Below are positions 13,324-26,883 of a stretch of DNA of 64,000 nt, in pieces. The position numbers and the translations under genes were made by a program. This stretch comes from Podarcis cretensis. Taxonomy: Eukaryota. Positions within the stretch are counted from its first letter, which is position 1. The number at the start of each line of letters is the position of its first letter. The notes beneath the pieces were generated by a model that worked only from the letters and a program-made list of their open reading frames with translations, ran no database searches and had not been told where the DNA came from. The DNA lies in contig OX638149.1 in the NCBI GenBank assembly GCA_951804945.1, forward strand, positions 59,892,001 to 59,956,000, written 5' to 3'.

Positions 13324-14319
13324 CTGTGGAAAGAGCAGAAGCAACTCTCCAGTTAGTATCTCATACAGATATAAAAGGGGGTGGGGGGGGGAACGGGTAA
13401 GGTACTAAATAATAGTATTTGCAATTAGTTAATCTGTGTTCGAGCAGGGTTCTCATTGATGGTTATAAAGAGGGAAAGGGTCTTTCATGTTATACCCAAG
13501 ACATGGGAACACAACTCTAGATTGCCCCTGAGATCCCAAACTTCCATATGAAATACCTTAATTCTATGAGAAACGTGCAATTCTTTTGCCTAGGTGGTAT
13601 ACGAGAACACGATTGAAACCACTGAAGATTGTTCCTGGCATGTGTGTGCCAGATCATGCCATCACCAAGGACTACTTCCAGATAGGATACTTGTTTTTTA
13701 ATGGTCAGGCATGATGAATAAGTGTGTTTGGCATTCACATGAGAACTATGCCAGACCCTTTGCTGATTTGCTGTGGCACTGGGGTCCTTGTCCTCTAGAT
13801 CACCTAGCATGGCAATCCTGCAGTGGAATGCTTACCGAAAGGGAAATCCCTTTGAAGCAGATTGCAAAAGGGAGACTGTTTGGCAAGGATTCTCAGGGGA
13901 ATATACTCAGCATACTGGAAAGCGAGTAAGGTGAGTGACCCAAACCTTGCAGAAGAAAGGGTAATCCAAATCCCAAGAGCAAAACAAAAATGCTTACGTA
14001 AAATCTTTCATAAAACTGGGAGAGTTACCAGTTATTTTTATCATCTACTAACTCCTGCCACAGATGTGGAAATGTATTTTTGAACCTAGAGGTGGAACTA
14101 ATAACCCTTTCCCCAAAAGACAATGTGGATTCTGCTTTGGAACGCTATGTGGCCAACTATTTGGTGTAACGAATTACCACAAGCTGAAATTCAGTGTCTC
14201 AATCAGAGTAAGTGATTTAAGCAGAAAATACTTCTCTGCCATATAGCAAAGCTGTGAGATGTAGCCTCATCCTACCTTCTTGGCTTCTGAGATACCATTA
14301 GATGTTGCCTACAAACCAT

Positions 14320-15158
14320 TATAATAATTAATAAATAATAATAATAATTTATTATTTATGCCCCCGCCCATCTGGCTGGGCTTCCCCAGCCACTCTGGGC
14401 AGCTTCCAACAAAATATTAAAATACTGTAATCCATCAAACATTAAAAGCTTCCCTAAACAGGGCTGCCTTCAGATGTCTTCTAAAAGTCTGGTAAGTTGT
14501 TGTTCTCTTTGACATCTGGTGGGAGGGTGTTCCACAGGGCGGGTGCCACTACCAAGAAGGCCCTCTGCCTGGTTTCCTGTAACTTGGCTTCTCGCAGTGA
14601 GGGAACCGCCAGAAGGCCCTTGGTGCTGGACCTCAGTGTCCAGGTAGAAAGATGGGAGTGGAGACGCTCCTTCAGATATACTGGACCGAGGCCATTTAGG
14701 GCTTTAAAGGTAAGCATCAACACTTTGAATTGTGCTCGGAAATGTACTGGGAGACAATGTAGGTCTTTCAAGACCGGTGTTATGTGGTCTCAGCGGCCGC
14801 TCCCAGTCACCAGTCTAGTTACCACATTCTGGATTAGTTGTAGTTTCTGGGTCACTTTCAAAGGTAGCGCCACATAGAGCACATTGCAGTAGTCCAAGTG
14901 GGAGATAACCAGAGCATGCACCACTCTGGCGAGACAGTCTGCGGGCAGGTAGGGTCTCAGCCTGCGTACCAGATGGAGCTGGTAAACAGCTGCCCTGGAC
15001 ACAGAATTGACCTCCACCTCCGTGGACAGCTGTGAGTCCAAAATGACTCCCAGTCTGTACACCTGGTCCTTCAGGGGCACAGTTACCCCATTCAGGACCA
15101 GGGAGTCCTCCACACCCACCTGCCTCCTGTCCCCCCAAAACAGTACTTCTGTCTTGTC
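14320..15158 (-). mobile_element. L2 LINE, 5'-truncated 3' fragment
   Basis: ORF2 C-terminal motifs LGVILDSQL, HALVISHLDYCN, LQLIQN and LHCLPVHFRAQFKVL, split over two frames; (TAA)n-like tail near 14320-14358. Confidence 0.9.
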
Positions 15159-15320
15159 TTTAAAGCAGGTGCGAGGGTTAGAAACTTAGTCAATATTCTC
15201 ACCTACTGAATTTCGCACCCACCATTCCTGTGCTTGTGCACTGTGTTCAGAAAACTGCAAAATTTATGACACAGCTCTGAAAATGTTCTGCATTGTATGA
15301 GATAGTGCTTTTTGAAGAAT

Positions 15321-15322
<2 letters not shown>

Positions 15323-15352
<30 letters not shown>
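15323..15352. repeat. (TG)15 microsatellite
   Basis: Read directly. Confidence 0.95.
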
Positions 15353-15356
<4 letters not shown>

Positions 15357-15430
15357 CTCAATATAACCCCATGCAAAATATATTAAAAAAAAAAACCAGA
15401 ACTGCAGAACTAAGAGTATGTATTGCTTAC

Positions 15431-15499
15431 CAGCCTGGTAATCATATAAGGCTATCGCTGTTATTCCAAGGTCGTTTTCGTATTCGTAAGTACTTTCAT
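15431..15499 (-). CDS. CTTN: Cortactin coding exon 15 (SH3 start)
   Basis: (D)[22 protein letters not shown]; tag/gtaagc; 69 nt. Confidence 0.97.
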
Positions 15500-16157
15500 C
15501 TAAAGGGAAAGGGACACATTACTACTATGCATGACACAATAAAAGGATATGTGAATTTCTTAAACTCATGTACTAACATGTAGTCTGACACTTAAAGTTG
15601 GTCTCTCCCATATTCAGTTGCATCACCCAACATAGGTTCTAATCACCATTTAAGATCATTTTTATTGCCTGAAGCCAAGACCTAGTAGGCTGCGGTTGCA
15701 ATCCTAGACATGCTTACTGGAGAATAAATCCCACCGAGAGGGACTTACTTTCAGATGCCTAGAATCATTAGATATCCCTGGCCCACCAAATGTCCTATAT
15801 GTAACACCGTTAACACCTTACAAGTCAAGCTAGTATGCCTTTCCCCCAGCTTTGTTTTTCAGAAAGCACAGACCCAAATATTTATAGGTTTGAATCTGAT
15901 GCTACTCTAAGGAGCTCAATACAGCACAGAGAGGCTTCCCAGGTAAATCTCCTGCCCAGCATTAGCTACACACAGCCCTGCATAGCTTTAGAAAAAGAAG
16001 GAACCGTCTACTCAAAAGTATTACCTCCCAGCTCCTGTCACTTACTGAGTGTTTTCTAGCCTGAACATCTCAAACTACCAGATCTGAGAACAGTCTACCA
16101 TTGCCTAAAGCCATGACCAAAGAGATCTCTCCTAGGTCAAAAGATAAGCTGACAAAC

Positions 16158-16341
16158 CTGCTTGATACTGGTTTCCTGCCCCAGCCACTTCATACACCGT
16201 CTCAGATTCATACTCTGGCTTCCGCTGACTGACTGCTTCTTGGTAGTCAGATTCTTCAACTTTGTTGTTGGTTTCTGGCTCGTGTGCGGCTGAGTAATTT
16301 GCATTTGAATTCTTGTAGCCAGACTCAAAGGAAACGGCATC
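16158..16341 (-). CDS. CTTN: Cortactin coding exon 14 (Tyr-phosphorylation region)
   Basis: DAVSFESGYKNSNANYSAAHEPETNNKVEESDYQEAVSQRKPEYESETVYEVAGAGNQYQA; tag/gtttgt; 184 nt; phases fit the neighbouring exons. Confidence 0.93.
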
Positions 16342-17581
16342 CTAGAGGGAAGGAGAGGCAGCCAGAACATAACAGACAGAGAGAACTTCAAGTACATTGT
16401 TGTTACAGAAATGCAGTTATTACTGCCTCCCTTAGGAGGAGGAAACCTCAACCCTGGGGGAAGGGTGGAGGGGAATGCAGGGACTCTTAAGGCCTGCTCC
16501 AATCCACAGCCTGGACTGGCATGTGTTCTTGAACTGCTGTTTGCCTGCACATAGGGTAGAGAGGAAAGTGCACACAGAGAGTGTGCACATGTGTACACAA
16601 ACACACACAGAGAAACCTCTTTTTTTGCATATATGCTACAGTACAAAAGTAGAAGTTATATTCATAGCTCCGTCTGTTTTGCCTCTGACCCCACCCACAG
16701 CTGGCATGAGGCTCTCAGAATGTCCCTGTTGGGCTAATAAAGGTGCCCCACCCCCGGTACACAGGACACAGTGCACACCACACCCACCTTAATGCATATA
16801 GGGCTAAAGTGTGCAGGGGAAGGACACCCCTGTGCCAGCCCCCTGCACCCCCAAATGCTCATCTGCTCCACCTGACACAGAAGCCCCCTTTGGACCTTCC
16901 TCAGCGCTTTCAGCTGAACATGCTTAGAAGCCTCCCCATAACCAGGAACTCCTCCTTATCGGAGTTTTCAAAAATGAGGAGCACATGAAGACAGCGCATG
17001 GACTGCTTGCATTTTAGAGACTGCTGCAAGCTGACGTTTTGCAAGTGCCCTTCCCGTGAAGATACACAGCAAGTGCCTTATGAGAGTCCGACAGATCAAT
17101 TCCTTGGCAAAGTAATTTGGCAGACTTGAGGAGAAGCTGGGGTGGTGCACTGCAACAGCCGCATCACAGTCATTGTGGGAATACAATTGCACAGCATGTT
17201 TGTTCATTATACAGCTGAAAGTCTGCTCCTCACTACGCCGTGATAATTCATTCAAGCGTATTCTCATTTCTCCCCATGATCTCTCCCTTGTCGAATGTTC
17301 CAAATTTAGCATAGCAAATGTGATTAAATTTATTACAATGTTATTGTCCTGAGTGGTATAAGGCAGCTTCTGGTGGTGCCCCTGTTGGACTACTTGTGCA
17401 TATAGCCCACCATTGTCTCCTCTGACAAGCAGAGGAGGAACAGACCTCTTTCACAGCAGTTCCTACCTGACAGGTAGATGCCAATGATTGTACCTGGGAG
17501 CTTCAGCATGCAGCATTTGCCCTTCAGCTAAGGTTTTGCTTTTTTCCTGTTTGGCTAAATGACTATAGCTAGCAAACTAAC

Positions 17582-17695
17582 CTCATAGACTGGACTTGAT
17601 GGCAATTTTTCTTCCACAGGCTGCAGTGTGGGAGAAGGAACAGGAACAGGAGCAGGAGATGGAGGTGGAGTTTGTTTCTTGGCTTTGGCCTGTTC
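17582..17695 (-). CDS. CTTN: Cortactin coding exon 13 (proline-rich region)
   Basis: [38 protein letters not shown]; aag/gttagt; 114 nt. Confidence 0.95.
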
Positions 17696-18320
17696 CTTTA
17701 AAAGAAAGAGAGAGAAAACAGAGTGGGTGGGTGGGAGAAGAGATATGGATCAAAGCCAGATCTGTAGCACAGACATGACACAACAAGGGGAGCAGGAATT
17801 TTGTGACTTGCACTTAACACGCAACACCACCACTAACTTGCCCCTCTATGAAAAAGTGAGAGAATTTGTAAGGAAGGTAACTTATTTTCTGCAGCAGTTT
17901 CACTTATGGAGTCACACTGCAGGAGGCTAAAACAGAAAGCAGGCACAGTGAGGAGAATACTTAACAGTAAGACTATGATGAGGTCGTCCTTTAAATCCTC
18001 CACAAGGAGTTGTTACCCTGCAGTTACAGCTACAAGGAGCATGTGAGCCAGTGTGACCATGTTGAGAGCTTGCAACTCTACATAGTCAGTGGCAAGCTGC
18101 ATGAATATGGCAACCAAGTTACCCCACTCATGGGCTGACTCTTATGCCATCACTGCTGCCCCATGGAGCAGCACCATGGCAGTGTGAATGGGCTGGCAAG
18201 TATGCTATTTCCTTCACAGGATCCACTTGCAAGGAGAATCCCACACCATAAAGCAAGACGCCTGTACTTCCTGTTAAGTTCTTCCTTCACCTGTTTTGTT
18301 GCTTTCTATGTATCCTTAAG

Positions 18321-18646
18321 GGACGCAGGTGACCTAGGACTTGCCAATCAGAAGGTTGGCGGTTTGAATCCCCGTGACGGGGTGAGCTCCCGTTGCTCGG
18401 TCCCTGCTCCTGCCCACCTAGCAGTTCGAAAGCATGTCAAAGTGCAAGTAGATAAATAGGTACCACTCCGGTGGGAAGGTAAACGGTGTTTCCGTGCGCT
18501 GCTCTGGTTCGCCAGAAGCGGCTTAGTCATGCAGGCCACACGACCCGGAAGCTGTACGCGGGCTCCCTCAGCCAATAAAGTGAGATGAGCGCCGCAACCC
18601 AGAGTCGGCCACGACTGGACCTAATGGTCAGGGGTCCCTTTACCTT
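18321..18646 (+). mobile_element. Sauria-type SINE, different subfamily, with a 5' internal deletion
   Basis: GGACGCAGGTG start and ACCTTT tail; 12-bp TSD TGTATCCTTAAG at 18309-18320 and 18647-18658. Confidence 0.9.
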
Positions 18647-21317
18647 TGTATCCTTAAGCATGGGGGGCTGGTTCCCTTGCATTAATTCACCAATTAGGCT
18701 TCAAGCTCCTATTTTTAAAATGGCCTCAGAACATAATGGCACCGCATTTTCCAATGCACCAAACATGACCTTTCTGACAAGCTGATTGGACTTAAGGGTA
18801 AAGGACAGGGAGATGAAAGATGGCCCAAATGTGAACCACCAGGTGGAGCACTGTCAGAGGCAGCAGCTGCCACCAAGACAGTGGGAGTCAGAAAGGAGTT
18901 TTTGCAGCCTCCTGTTCCCGAGACTCCCAGAAACAATGATGCCAATTAACAGCAACTGGTGTGAGGTGGAGCAACACAGGTGACACAGGTCACCATTTCT
19001 GGAGCAACAAATGTGCAGCACCCCTATGACAACTGCCAATGGGGTGGAGGAATCCCATAGTCAGAGTTAGGAAAGAAAGGCACCCCAGGATAGGAGATTG
19101 GATCAAATAATGCTTCCGGGTGAAAGCTGAAAGTGTCACAGAAGGCCCTCTTGTCCCTAGATACATACAGCGAGTACACTTGTGGTCAGCTGCTTAGTGT
19201 AAACAATTGTAGAAACGGCAATAGTTAAATCTACTATATCCGACACATTTCACTTTATGTATCCCTATTTCCACATTGCTGCTGCTACTGAGGGAGGGAA
19301 GAGGGTTTTGTGTGTTTTTGCTTTCTATTGTTAGTGTATTGTATTTGTTGTATTTTTATACTCTTCTATTAGCTGATTATTTCGCTGTATGTATCTTTAT
19401 TTCTCTACCACGGCTGATTAGTGAAATTGCTGTAGGATTTATTAAGCACTGCACTTTTAAGTCTCAGTTGTTCACTTAAGTAAATATATGTCTGGGCAAA
19501 AAGTCATGGAGGAATGCTGTTTTTACAAGGAGACTATATATTTTTACACTGGCCAGGTGCTTATACAAAGAGGTAAACTATTTTTAGTTGCAGTTGTACT
19601 GATGAATTGTTGCTGCCATGACTTTGTGGTTTAGAGATATATTACTGTGTGCAGTTGTTTTATCTACTGGCCGTCAGGCGTCCTGAGTTCCACGTTGAAA
19701 GAAGAACAGGATATAAGATTTGTGAATACATAAAATTAGTAGCACTGGGTTATAAGTGATCTGTTCATTGTTCCTGCCATAAACATTTAGGTACTGTGCA
19801 TTTCCCTAATGGTGAATTACAATACACAAGAGCGATGACTATAACATTGATTACTACATATCTCCCCACCCCCACCCACCCCCCGCAAGTAAGCATTGAT
19901 GGGAAACAAGTCTGTAAGTCTTCCCTTGTCTAGTTAACCCACTAACAAGACAAGACATACTACAAAGCTGGGAGAGGAACTTATTTTTCATTTGTAGTCC
20001 CAGGGCTGTGGTCTGACACACTAAATTGTTACCAGGTGTTGTGAATGCAAGCAGTACAGGAACTGCTGCATTTCATTTCACAGAGCCCACATATTCTGTA
20101 GCAGACAGGCAATTTCTTTCTACATCAGTGTCTCAAAGGCAGGAGTCAGAGTGGGTGGCAGTAGGAAGACCCATGCTGGGTGCTGCTGCTAGTAATTTTC
20201 TCCAGATTAAGCTGCACAGCACATTCTAGGACTTAAAGATAGTCCAAAAGAGGTAGGCATTTAGGAGCAATAATCTAGTATGTTTGCTCATTAGAAATAA
20301 AAGTAAAAACTACCACCTTGCTTTTCTCTTTCTTAGATTTGAATGACATCATCAGGGACACAGATCATATGATGAAGAAAGGAATTGGTTGGGAGCAAGG
20401 ATACAGCCAAGTTACATTTCTTTAACAGAGAACACTCAACAGAGGTTGATGCTTTCCAAGAGATGGGGGTGGGAGAAAGAAACCCTTCTAGTGTATTTAT
20501 TCCAGCTGGCTCTACATATTTTACTGAGGAACTGCCTCTGCATTTTGCCAGCTACTTAACTCAAACCTTACAGGGCGAGAACATTTTAAAATTGCTCAGC
20601 CCCATGCAAACATCCTTCTCTATTGTCTAGTTGTGTGCCCCAGTCATAGGATCAAGCTTTAGGGTCATAAAGGAGGCGTGCCTGCCATCTTCAGGACCCA
20701 ATTCTATCCCACTGCAGCTCAGAAATGCTCAGCAATGATTCTATTGCCAGCACCAGAGCAAGGAAATCAGGGAGCTGAATGTCTCTGCTACAAGTAAAGC
20801 TAGTGACCTATAGGATGCTAGCAATACAGAGTTACACCAATAGGTTTCTTAACAATAAAAGGAGCAATTCAAATGGAGATGGAGGTCCTAACAGTTTAGC
20901 TTCTAGAGGTTTCTGTGTCCAGTCCAGACACAAAGGGATTGGTTGACAACAGCTCACATTTTATCAGCAGAAACTTTCTTTTTGTGAGCTTCATCAGTTG
21001 GGATGTACACTGCAGTGACAACCAGAAAGCAGGGATCCTAAGAATATCTAAAAATAGCTTCCTTCCCTCCTCATAGTTTTGAATCCATAGTTTTGATTAC
21101 AGCCTAATTAATGAATCCTGGAACTAGGAAGACTTTAAACAATCAATAACGAGACCTACTTATAATATGTATTCCAGTTTTGAATCGTAAAAGTTGACAG
21201 CTTTCTAGAAGTTTTAAAGTTAATTATTTTCAAAAAACAAAACAAAACCAATTCTGACTTTTTTCTCAAGGGTGAGGGAGGGTGAAAGAAAGAGGCAAAA
21301 CAATGAATTTCACTGAC

Positions 21318-21466
21318 TTCCAGCGTCCTCCTGGCTTCCTCTTGTTCTTGCTTGTCCTGTGCCATTCTTTGAGCTCTTTCGACTTCCGCCTTCCTTCTAT
21401 CCTCCTGCTCTTTATCCTTAGCTAGGTTTTCAAAGTTAGCTCTGATGTTGCTGGTTTTGTTATTTG
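21318..21466 (-). CDS. CTTN: Cortactin coding exon 12 (helical region)
   Basis: (A)[49 protein letters not shown]; cag/gtcagt; 149 nt. Confidence 0.97.
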
Positions 21467-22410
21467 CTGTAATAGTAGAAATATTGAGACGTTCATTTTA
21501 CAGGGCAGTTTCCTTTGCAAACCTCCACAACATACAGATCCAGAGTTAACTGGTAACCAAAATTAAGACTAAGCAAATTCTTTATACTTAGAAAAAGTAA
21601 TGTAATCCCCTGAGAAGCCTGACTCATTCACCTTCCTACTAAAAACAGATGCTGCAAAAATTGGAACATATTGAAAGTTCAGGCCTAAATGACTGACTTA
21701 AAAGTTAGGAATTCGGGAGTCGTTCCAGCAACAAGGCCAAGGATTAGCTGACACGTTCAATTTAAAATGATGACTCCCTTCCTGAGCAGACAAAAAAGAA
21801 AATACATTAGAAAGTCCATCCAATTTTTATTTCACCATTCCAAGCATAGAAAGCTAAATACACCTAGGAGATTTAGTACTTATGCTGATGCAATGACTGC
21901 ACTCCCATGTAATGCTTAAGCATGGCTTGGCATTATGAGGGTGAAATGCAGTAAACCTCAGGCTCACAAACCACCACCACCCCTGAAATGTTGCTACAAG
22001 GAGTTGAGAAGTTTTCCTTTCATTTATAGATTAACCACATTTCATCTGCCATCGGAACTTGGGAGAAACTGTGGCTCGCCTTAGCTTAATAGAAACTAGT
22101 CACCTTCAAGCCATAATTTAAGAAGCTGTCTTGTTTTCATTCACCATAGTTAAGATTAAGTTGGGATTCAGTTGCAACACTAAACCGTGGTTAATCCAAA
22201 ACAAAAGCTGAAAGTTCAGGAATCTCCTTGTGGCTGTGTCAGAGGTGAAGAGAGGAGCACACAAGTCTGAGATTCACAGCCCCTCATCCTCATAATGCTA
22301 GGCACTTAGGCCATCAAGAACTTAAGATATTTCAGGTATAAGGGCAAGCTAAACCATAAACAAGGAAAACATTGGAGAGAGATTTTCAGCATTTTAAAAT
22401 ATAGCCTTAC

Positions 22411-22480
22411 CAGCTTCCACCGGCTTGGTCTTCTGGTACGTTGAAGACAATTTCTCAATATCTTCAAAAGCTGATGCATT
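22411..22480 (-). CDS. CTTN: Cortactin coding exon 11
   Basis: NASAFEDIEKLSSTYQKTKPVEA; tag/gtaagg; 70 nt. Confidence 0.96.
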
Positions 22481-23475
22481 CTATCAATAAAAGCCAGATA
22501 AGGTCACAAACATATTCAGGGACAAGATAACAAGCTATTAGAAATGCACACAACAGTTTTATTTGAAGAAGTCATTTTTATGCTCCAAAGTTCCTTTTCA
22601 TGTACAAGCCGCAAGTTCTCAAAGGTGACATGTGCACTCAAAACAAATAAAAAGGCTGTGTGATTTTAATAAGTATCCAGACAAAGCAAAATGCCACCTG
22701 ACACTTGCCAATCTAATGACAAATGCAAACTTGGATGCAAGAGGTTTGACATTTTTTAATAAGTAAAATGAAACACAAAGCTAAATTTCAACTGAGCAGA
22801 GAACTCAAAAGAGCAACTCTCAGTTTCAAAAAGCAGTAGAGAAGCTTTAAGTGCACAATGATATGAGGTAGCAAAGCAAACAGATGTCTCTATCACAAAT
22901 ATATGAAGGTTCCATATATGAGTAGACATGGTTACAATTGCACTGAAGGTTGAGGATGCTTTTATGAACTGATCCCTGATACTTTTTATGTTGCAACACT
23001 CTTTTTTATGCATTTGGACATTTATATGCTACATTTTTGTAATGTTTTTCTACTTCTTGTGAGCTGCTAAATTTGCAGCTGATATGAATTTCCTCAGAAT
23101 TTTTTTTTCTTAAAAACAAAACAACAAAAAAAACTTTCATCATCCACCAGCCACACGTGAGTATGTATATATACCGAAGAAAGTATCTCTTTTCCAGAAC
23201 AGTATCTGTATTAGTCCGCTGTTCTAAAAAATAAAGTAAGAAGCTCCTTTGTATACTTATTCACTGAATTCAGAGGGGATTATTTCTGAGCACCTCTTTA
23301 TTAGACTGGAGATTCTAATCTGAGGCAGCTATTATAAAATCTGATATCGGGGGGTATTTATTCCACATTATTTAATGCAGACAATTTATCTCTGGCTCCA
23401 CCCATCATCAGTTCCCAGACAGAAATGAAAGGTTGCCCATCCTTGCCATAAGAAATTTTTGATTTACGGTCATAC

Positions 23476-23531
23476 CTTATCCATTCGATCTTTCTGCACG
23501 CCATATTTTCCACCAAAGCCTTTCGAATAGT
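23476..23531 (-). CDS. CTTN: Cortactin coding exon 10 (half repeat)
   Basis: (D)[18 protein letters not shown]; tag/gtatga; 56 nt. Confidence 0.97.
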
Positions 23532-24928
23532 CTAAAAACAGGACACAAAAAAAGACTAATTGTAGGTGATTGTTTCTACCCCTCTTTTGAGTTTTCTCAA
23601 ATGCAGATGAGTACTGAAAGGAGCTGCATGCTTAAGAGTTCCCAATGACTGCAGCCAAGCAAAAAACAGAAAAGAAGTAGATGCAATAGATGAAATATAT
23701 ATATACATATATATACTTGTAAGATTTTGGAAGAAGTGTTGGCAGATGTGCAAGCTGCAATGGGCCAGATTCGTGCTTCCACATTCATTGGCTGAAATGA
23801 CACTGGATGACAGTTGGCAGGAATCAAGCAAAGAAAAGGATGCTCTCCCTCTCTGGACCCAACACCTCTGCCTGCCACTCACCGCTTCTATAGAACAGCC
23901 TTGGATTACTCTACTTCTAGCATTTACTTCTCGCCACTTCTGGCATTCACCATGTCAATGAATGAGCATTTCAAATGCCAAAAAGACACAGATATATTGA
24001 CCACAGAGGGCTTTGTATCCAACCAAGCCATAGTCTTCAGTAGATACAATGAAAAGCACTGAACTGACATCAGTCAGGCCCACTGATTTCAGAGAGTCTA
24101 CTTTGAGCAGGGCAATGTCTCATTACAGATTGACAACAGAAGTACAATTAAACTTCTACAAAACACACACACTGTGGGGGGAAACTGAAGGAATGAAATA
24201 CTTCTTATTTGTGGAAGGATCTCGTGGGCTACCTTGCCTTATTTTCATCAAGGAGATTCTATGTAAAGAGAGTTTATATATTTATCTATCCACCCAAAAC
24301 ACTGGAACCAAATCACCTTTGCCTAATGTTTCAATGAAGACATTATTTCACATGTTTTATATTGAACTGATACACTGCATGAAGTGGTGATCACTAAAAA
24401 CAAAATCTCAAACCTTCTAACAGCCAAATCAGGGCATATTTTATATTGATGTCTGCATTTTTAAGCAGTATTATCAATTTCAGCATAAACCTAAAATGTT
24501 GGCTTCTTGTTATGACGGAAGCCATAACAAGGACGTGTTGTTCACAAGTGGGTATCACTTGTGACATTTCCTGAACAGAAGCAACCTTGCTATGGCAAAG
24601 ACTCAGGCTCTGTAGGCCAGAATCAAGAACCACACAAGGCATGGAAGAGGTCCACTCCTTATATATCATAGAGTCCACACTCAAGCAATACTATTGCAGA
24701 CGACTGACCTGAAGCGCACTTGCCAAAAATCATAATAATGAAGAATGGCTGCCATTAGCTTTAAAACATTCAACTAAAGATTGCAGCGATGTATTGGGAT
24801 GATATGATTCAGAGAGAAAGAAATGTTGCCGTGAAACTGCCCGAGGGAGGTGCAGGGCTTTTAAAGAGAGCAACTTAAGTCTGTGGTAGAAATGGCTGCA
24901 CTGGGTAAGTTACAACTAGAAACTATGC

Positions 24929-25039
24929 CTTGCTGCGATTCGTGCTTCGCTAGTTTCTCCTTGTAGTCAAACCCCACAGCTGAGGAGTCCTGCCTCTCTG
25001 TTTGAACACCGAATTTCCCTCCGAAACCACTCTTATAGT
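24929..25039 (-). CDS. CTTN: Cortactin coding exon 9 (111-nt repeat exon with GC donor)
   Basis: (D)[36 protein letters not shown]; cag acceptor; donor reads G|GCATAG. Confidence 0.93.
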
Positions 25040-25189
25040 CTGAGAAATCCAGGTTATATCACGAGGAAAAAGAAGCAAGAGGAGAGAAGGAGAAGGACAG
25101 GAGGAAGAGAAACATATTTAGATACAACATGGACGAACCAAAAAACAAACACTATTAAAAAGCCCCCATTTAAAAAAAATAAAGTATTA

Positions 25190-26250
25190 ATTTATTACCT
25201 GCCCTTAACCCTAAGGTACCAGGGCAGGTTGCAACAATTAAAACACAATGTTAAAAAAACAGATTAAAACAACTTACAATCACAAAAAATAAAAAAATCA
25301 CAAAAGTAAGGTGGGTCCTAAAAATATGCATCTCAAGTATTACAGAAGCTAAATAAAGAAGTTGCCAGACACTTCTATTGGGATGGAGAACCACAGACAG
25401 CTTAGGGGCTGCCAGAGAGAATTTTCTTTCCTGGGCCACCCCCTCCCCATAGCATCTGAGGGTAGTGGAACAAACAAGAGTGCCCCCCTCTACCAATCTT
25501 AGAGCTCAAGGGGGTCCAGTAGGGAAGGAGATGGTCTTTCAGGTATCTAGAGGCTGAGTCATTTAGGTCTTTAAACACTAATGTGAGTATCTTGGAGCCA
25601 GAAACAAAATGGTAACCAGTGCAGCTGTTTTAAAACAGGAGTTATGTGCTATCTAAATGGAGCCAGAGCCAGTAATCTGGCCACTGTATTTTCGACCAAT
25701 TTAAGTTTCTGAGTTGTCTTCAAAGGCAGCCCCATTTACAGCACATTGCAATAATCCAATCTGGAAGTTACCAATCGTGGAGTATAATGGCCAGGCCATT
25801 TTTGCCCCAAAGGGGCTAAGGCTGGTGAACCAGCAGGATCTGAAAAAGGCTCTTCTAGCCTCTAAGCTTGCCTGAGCCTCCAGTAACAAACAGTGCTGAA
25901 TCCAGGAACAGACCTGCTCCTCCCAGGGGAGTGTAACCCCACCCAGGACAGGCCATCTCCTCACTTCCTGGGTGTAAGAACTCAGAACACATAACACCTC
26001 TGTCTTTCCAAGATTCAGTCCATCACTGTCTCCAAGCAATTGCCTCTCCCAATTCAGGTGGCACAAAAAGAGAAAGGTAGGTGTCATCTGCATATTGATG
26101 GTACATCAAATCTCCGGACGACAGCTCCCAGTGGATTCATATAGAGGTCAAATAGCATGGGGGACAAGATGAAACTCTGCAGGACACCACACGATGACTC
26201 CCATGGCGTTGAACAGTAGCCTCCCATAACTACTTTCAGGAACACATCAT
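25190..26250 (-). mobile_element. Diverged L2 LINE fragment
   Basis: Remnant RT motifs (ILSPMLFDLYMNPLG, LNLGKTEVL, VTLPW) and an L2-type 3' region; frameshifted. Confidence 0.75.
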
Positions 26251-26772
26251 GCAATTCAGAACCAAAATACACATTGAGAAATCTTATGGTTTCAAGACTG
26301 TTTTACTTCAGATTGCAGCTGGGAGAAATCACAGCTTGGAATGCCACACGTTTGAAAGCCCATGCCAAAAATCCCCTGCATATACACAGCAATCACACCA
26401 AGGAGAAGAATGTGTTAAATCTTTCTCTGATATACCCATCTTTTCAAAAGCAGAACGCATTTTTCACAAGGGAAAGCATTCAGGCATACTACTATTTCCC
26501 TTTCCACCTCACAATATACAAGTGAAATGGTGCAAACCCATGTAATATTTTCGAACATGTAATTTGAAGAATATTTTCACAAGTTTCCCAGTTCCATCAG
26601 CCTCAGCCAATGGTTAAGGATGCTGTAGTTTAAAATCTGGATTTGCTAGAGATTATGTGATGCATATATCTTCCTTCTATGTGAACACAACAACAGTATA
26701 GTATACAGTACAGTATACAGGATGGTAATCATTGTACCCCTTTATATGTACAGACAAGAAATATGTATATAC

Positions 26773-26883
26773 CTTTCTGAGACTCGTGCAGTTGTACTTT
26801 TTCCTGGTGATCCCAGCCAAGGGCACATTTGTCCTGTCTGTCCGTCTGCACCCCAAACTTTCCACCAAAACCTTTTGTATAAT
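26773..26883 (-). CDS. CTTN: Cortactin coding exon 8 (111-nt repeat exon)
   Basis: (D)[36 protein letters not shown]; tag/gtatat. Confidence 0.97.

Noticed and set aside
14481-15119. RT-like ORFs as an active or domesticated gene
   Set aside because: 5'-truncated, frameshifted L2 ORF2 remnant lacking the catalytic core.
16137-16646. 169-aa minus-strand ORF
   Set aside because: Overlaps CTTN exon 14 in a different frame plus intron; the true exon frame is fixed by homology and splice phases.
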